NCBI GenBank assembly: GCA_008632985.1
Contig: QPGO01000238.1
Span: 62,001 to 115,055, forward strand
DNA: 53,055 bases
Source of the DNA: Psammoneis japonica
Lineage: Eukaryota
Direction: 5' to 3'
Positions within the stretch are counted from its first letter, which is position 1. Each line of letters begins with the position of its first letter. The notes beneath the pieces are model-generated. The model was given only the letters and a program-made list of their open reading frames with translations. It was not told the origin of the DNA and did not search any database. The position numbers were made by a program, and so were the translations under genes. Below are positions 50,620 through 53,055 of the stretch, piece by piece.

Positions 50620-51850
50620 GAGGCAGGTTCACTTTCGAGCAAGGGCAGCGAGGCAGGATCACGGTCTCCCGAAGACCAGAGCCTGTCACGTAGCTTCTTC
50701 ATGAGGACCTCAACTGTCAGATCATGCCATCCACACAGGTCCAAGGTCCAACACGCCTTGGTCAATTTCTCTGTCTTTGTCATTTTCCCATTCAACTCCA
50801 TGTCCTAATGACAAGCACTTTGCAAGCTCTGACAGCTCCCTCAGATGTTCGCCGTTAAGCCCATCCTGCAAAAGTAGCAAAAATGGAGTTCTCGCACCAT
50901 CACCTTCTGCCTCAACGGGTGCAGTTCCAGCCAGGTTGAGAAAATGACAGCAATCTCTGGGCACCACTTTCATTTGCACCCCCTTCAATGAGTCTGCATG
51001 GACAACACTTGAGATCTGTCCTGAAGCGGCAGTTGAGTGACATGTGCCTTGGTGCATTGATGTGCCATGAACAAGGCCAAGTAGATTGCAATCATCATCC
51101 ATCAGGGGACAACCACTGCACCCAGGCACAGAATGAGTGACCACTGTCAATCACGTTTCCTGTGTTTCGATGACCTGCCCTTTTGTGTGAATGCTTCCGT
51201 GCCCAATCACCAGTCTTCCAACCACACCTCTGCACCTTTCGAGCTTTAGTTTCTGACGGGAAAAAGATCCAGAATTCTCAAGCCTTTTCTTTGTGTCACT
51301 GCACAGCTGGGCGCAGGCAATGTCATTCTTGCCACTTGAGACATGGTCTTCTGGCAAGTTCAAGTTTGTCATTTGAAAGGGTGACGCGTTGCCAGCAGGA
51401 TCTTGGCATTTTTCGTCTGCTCGCCAACGCAGTTCAAACACAGGTGGTGAGCACCCTGAAGCTGCATGTGCAGCAACACAACGGGATTGCTTTGCTGCTT
51501 CATCATTTGTTGCTTGGAGGTTGATGAGTTCCACAAGGACATGCGCTGCAGACACAAGGTGGACAAACTTGCCAACGGCCATGACGAGGCCATGGCCAAT
51601 GTTTGCCCTGTTTCCATCATCATCGCCAATGTCTCCATTGTTTTTGCTGTGTCCACAAGGACTTGTTTGATTGTTGGCGTAAACTTGGATGCATTTTTGT
51701 CTGTGCTTGTCCCAAGAAGCTTGTTCTCAAGCTCTTCAAACTTGCTGTCAAGATTTTTTAAAGGCTTTTCCAACCTCCTCTTGTGTGATTCGGCGCAATC
51801 TGGTTTCAAGCTCTTGTTCTTGGGCTGTCATTTTCTACCTGCCACAATGG
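50620..51850 (-). pseudogene. Trypsin-like serine peptidase with N-terminal coiled coil, hypermutated and disrupted
   Basis: Triad motifs in order across broken frames: LVSAAHVL (His), NDIACA (Asp), PGCSGCPLMDDDCNLLGLVHG (Ser); lies in a TpA-depleted tract. Confidence 0.65.
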
Positions 51851-53055
51851 TTCAGCTCGGGTCATGGTGGAAGCACAATGTGGGAGCATGACGGCAAAGA
51901 ACCATGGTTGGTTTTTGGCTGTTTCAACTTTCGACGGCTTTTGAATTCTTTTTTGTGCGGTGATGTGGCTTCAACTTGTGCGACTAAAATCTCAATCTGG
52001 AGCTTGATCAGCCTCGAACATTTCCCTCCACAACTCCTTTCTACAGCACATCAAAACTGCCTTGGCATTTGGAGCACCTTCTGTGACCGTTCCTTGCATG
52101 CACTCCCAATGGTGAGCTCGTTTGACCACAAAGCAGCAGCTTCAAATTGGTGCTCCGTTTTCTGTGGGTGGAGCACACGCCATCACTTTCCAGTGGCCGC
52201 ATGGCTCTCCTGTCAACAGCAGCAGATGGAGAGAACACTCGGCCACAAAGCAATCTCTTGTCAGCTCAACTGGGCTGACAATGACAGTCTTTTGCCTTTT
52301 CATTGACTGTTTTTTTTAAATGCTTCTGGTGCAGATCAATTGCCCATGAGTTGTGGTGCTGTCTCAGCACCATGGCTGAAGCAGCTCTTTTCGCAGAGCC
52401 AAAATTGATTTTTGTGCAGAGAGATCACAGCTCTGAAACCAAGCAAGCTCCAATGTCATTGCTGCTGAGCTGCTGCCATTGACCTTTGTGTGCTCCCTTC
52501 TGTCTCTCAGACAAAGCTGTTGTGACGTCAATGGGGGTCATTCCAATGGCTGCTTTTCACAATGGGGGGTCTTCCATTTGTGCTCAGAGTGACAAGAACT
52601 GTCTGAAGAAGATGCCTTGGTCTGCAAGACAAACAAGCAGAGTGAGGTGTTTCAATCTGTCCTTTCTGCAGAGACCACAGTGGCAGTGAGTGCAGCATGC
52701 CCCCCATCTGAAGTTGTGGTGGTGGAAGGGCAAACTGTTTTTTTCCAAGCACCCAAATTGCCCTTCTTGCACTTTCTGAAACCCCGTTGACATGCCAGTG
52801 CAGCCTTTCCATGCTCCAACATGGACCAAATTGAAAGAATGGTGCTTTGCATGACATCGCCAAGGTGGAGGTCACTGTTGTCTTTTGTTGACTTAAAACT
52901 TCTTACAATCACTCTCTGCCAGAGCACAGAACCATGGAAGCACCCTGGGCTCTAGAACCTGGACTGCTCTGTGGACAATTGCCCCTTCTGCATGAGGTGC
53001 AGGTGGTGTGAGAGATGCCCTTGGAGCCTCGTTGGCAGCTCTGCCTGATGAATGT
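51850..53055. mobile_element. TpA/CpG-depleted degenerate tract continuing off the window
   Basis: Few TA or CG dinucleotides; TG/CA excess. Confidence 0.45.

Overview
Eukaryotic genomic DNA, most likely from a pennate diatom (short GT-AG introns; ACCase with a signal peptide plus ALA|F plastid-targeting motif). Host genes: plastid-type acetyl-CoA carboxylase (3' end off-window), a membrane protein of unknown function, a two-module AAA+ ATPase, a Kelch-like membrane protein, a DMT/EamA transporter, a coiled-coil repeat protein, a mucin-stalk Spherulin-4/GH135-like protein, and a head-to-head pair of a bacterial-type ketopantoate-reductase-fold gene and an oxalate-CoA ligase (AAE3/PCS60 family). 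These sit between repeat-derived tracts, including a full-architecture Ngaro/PAT-type tyrosine-recombinase retrotransposon with split direct repeats. The main signal: roughly 24 kb of repeat DNA has lost almost all TpA dinucleotides, converted to TpG or CpA (A-to-G in TpA on either strand), while neighbouring genes are untouched. Repeat pairs inside the window show the conversion happening independently per copy, and it has removed nearly all tyrosines from the retroelement, including the catalytic ones. This looks like a RIP-like, but A-to-G, repeat-directed hypermutation system. A base-calling artefact must be excluded, because the assembly also shows homopolymer frameshifts. Counts and tract boundaries were made by eye.
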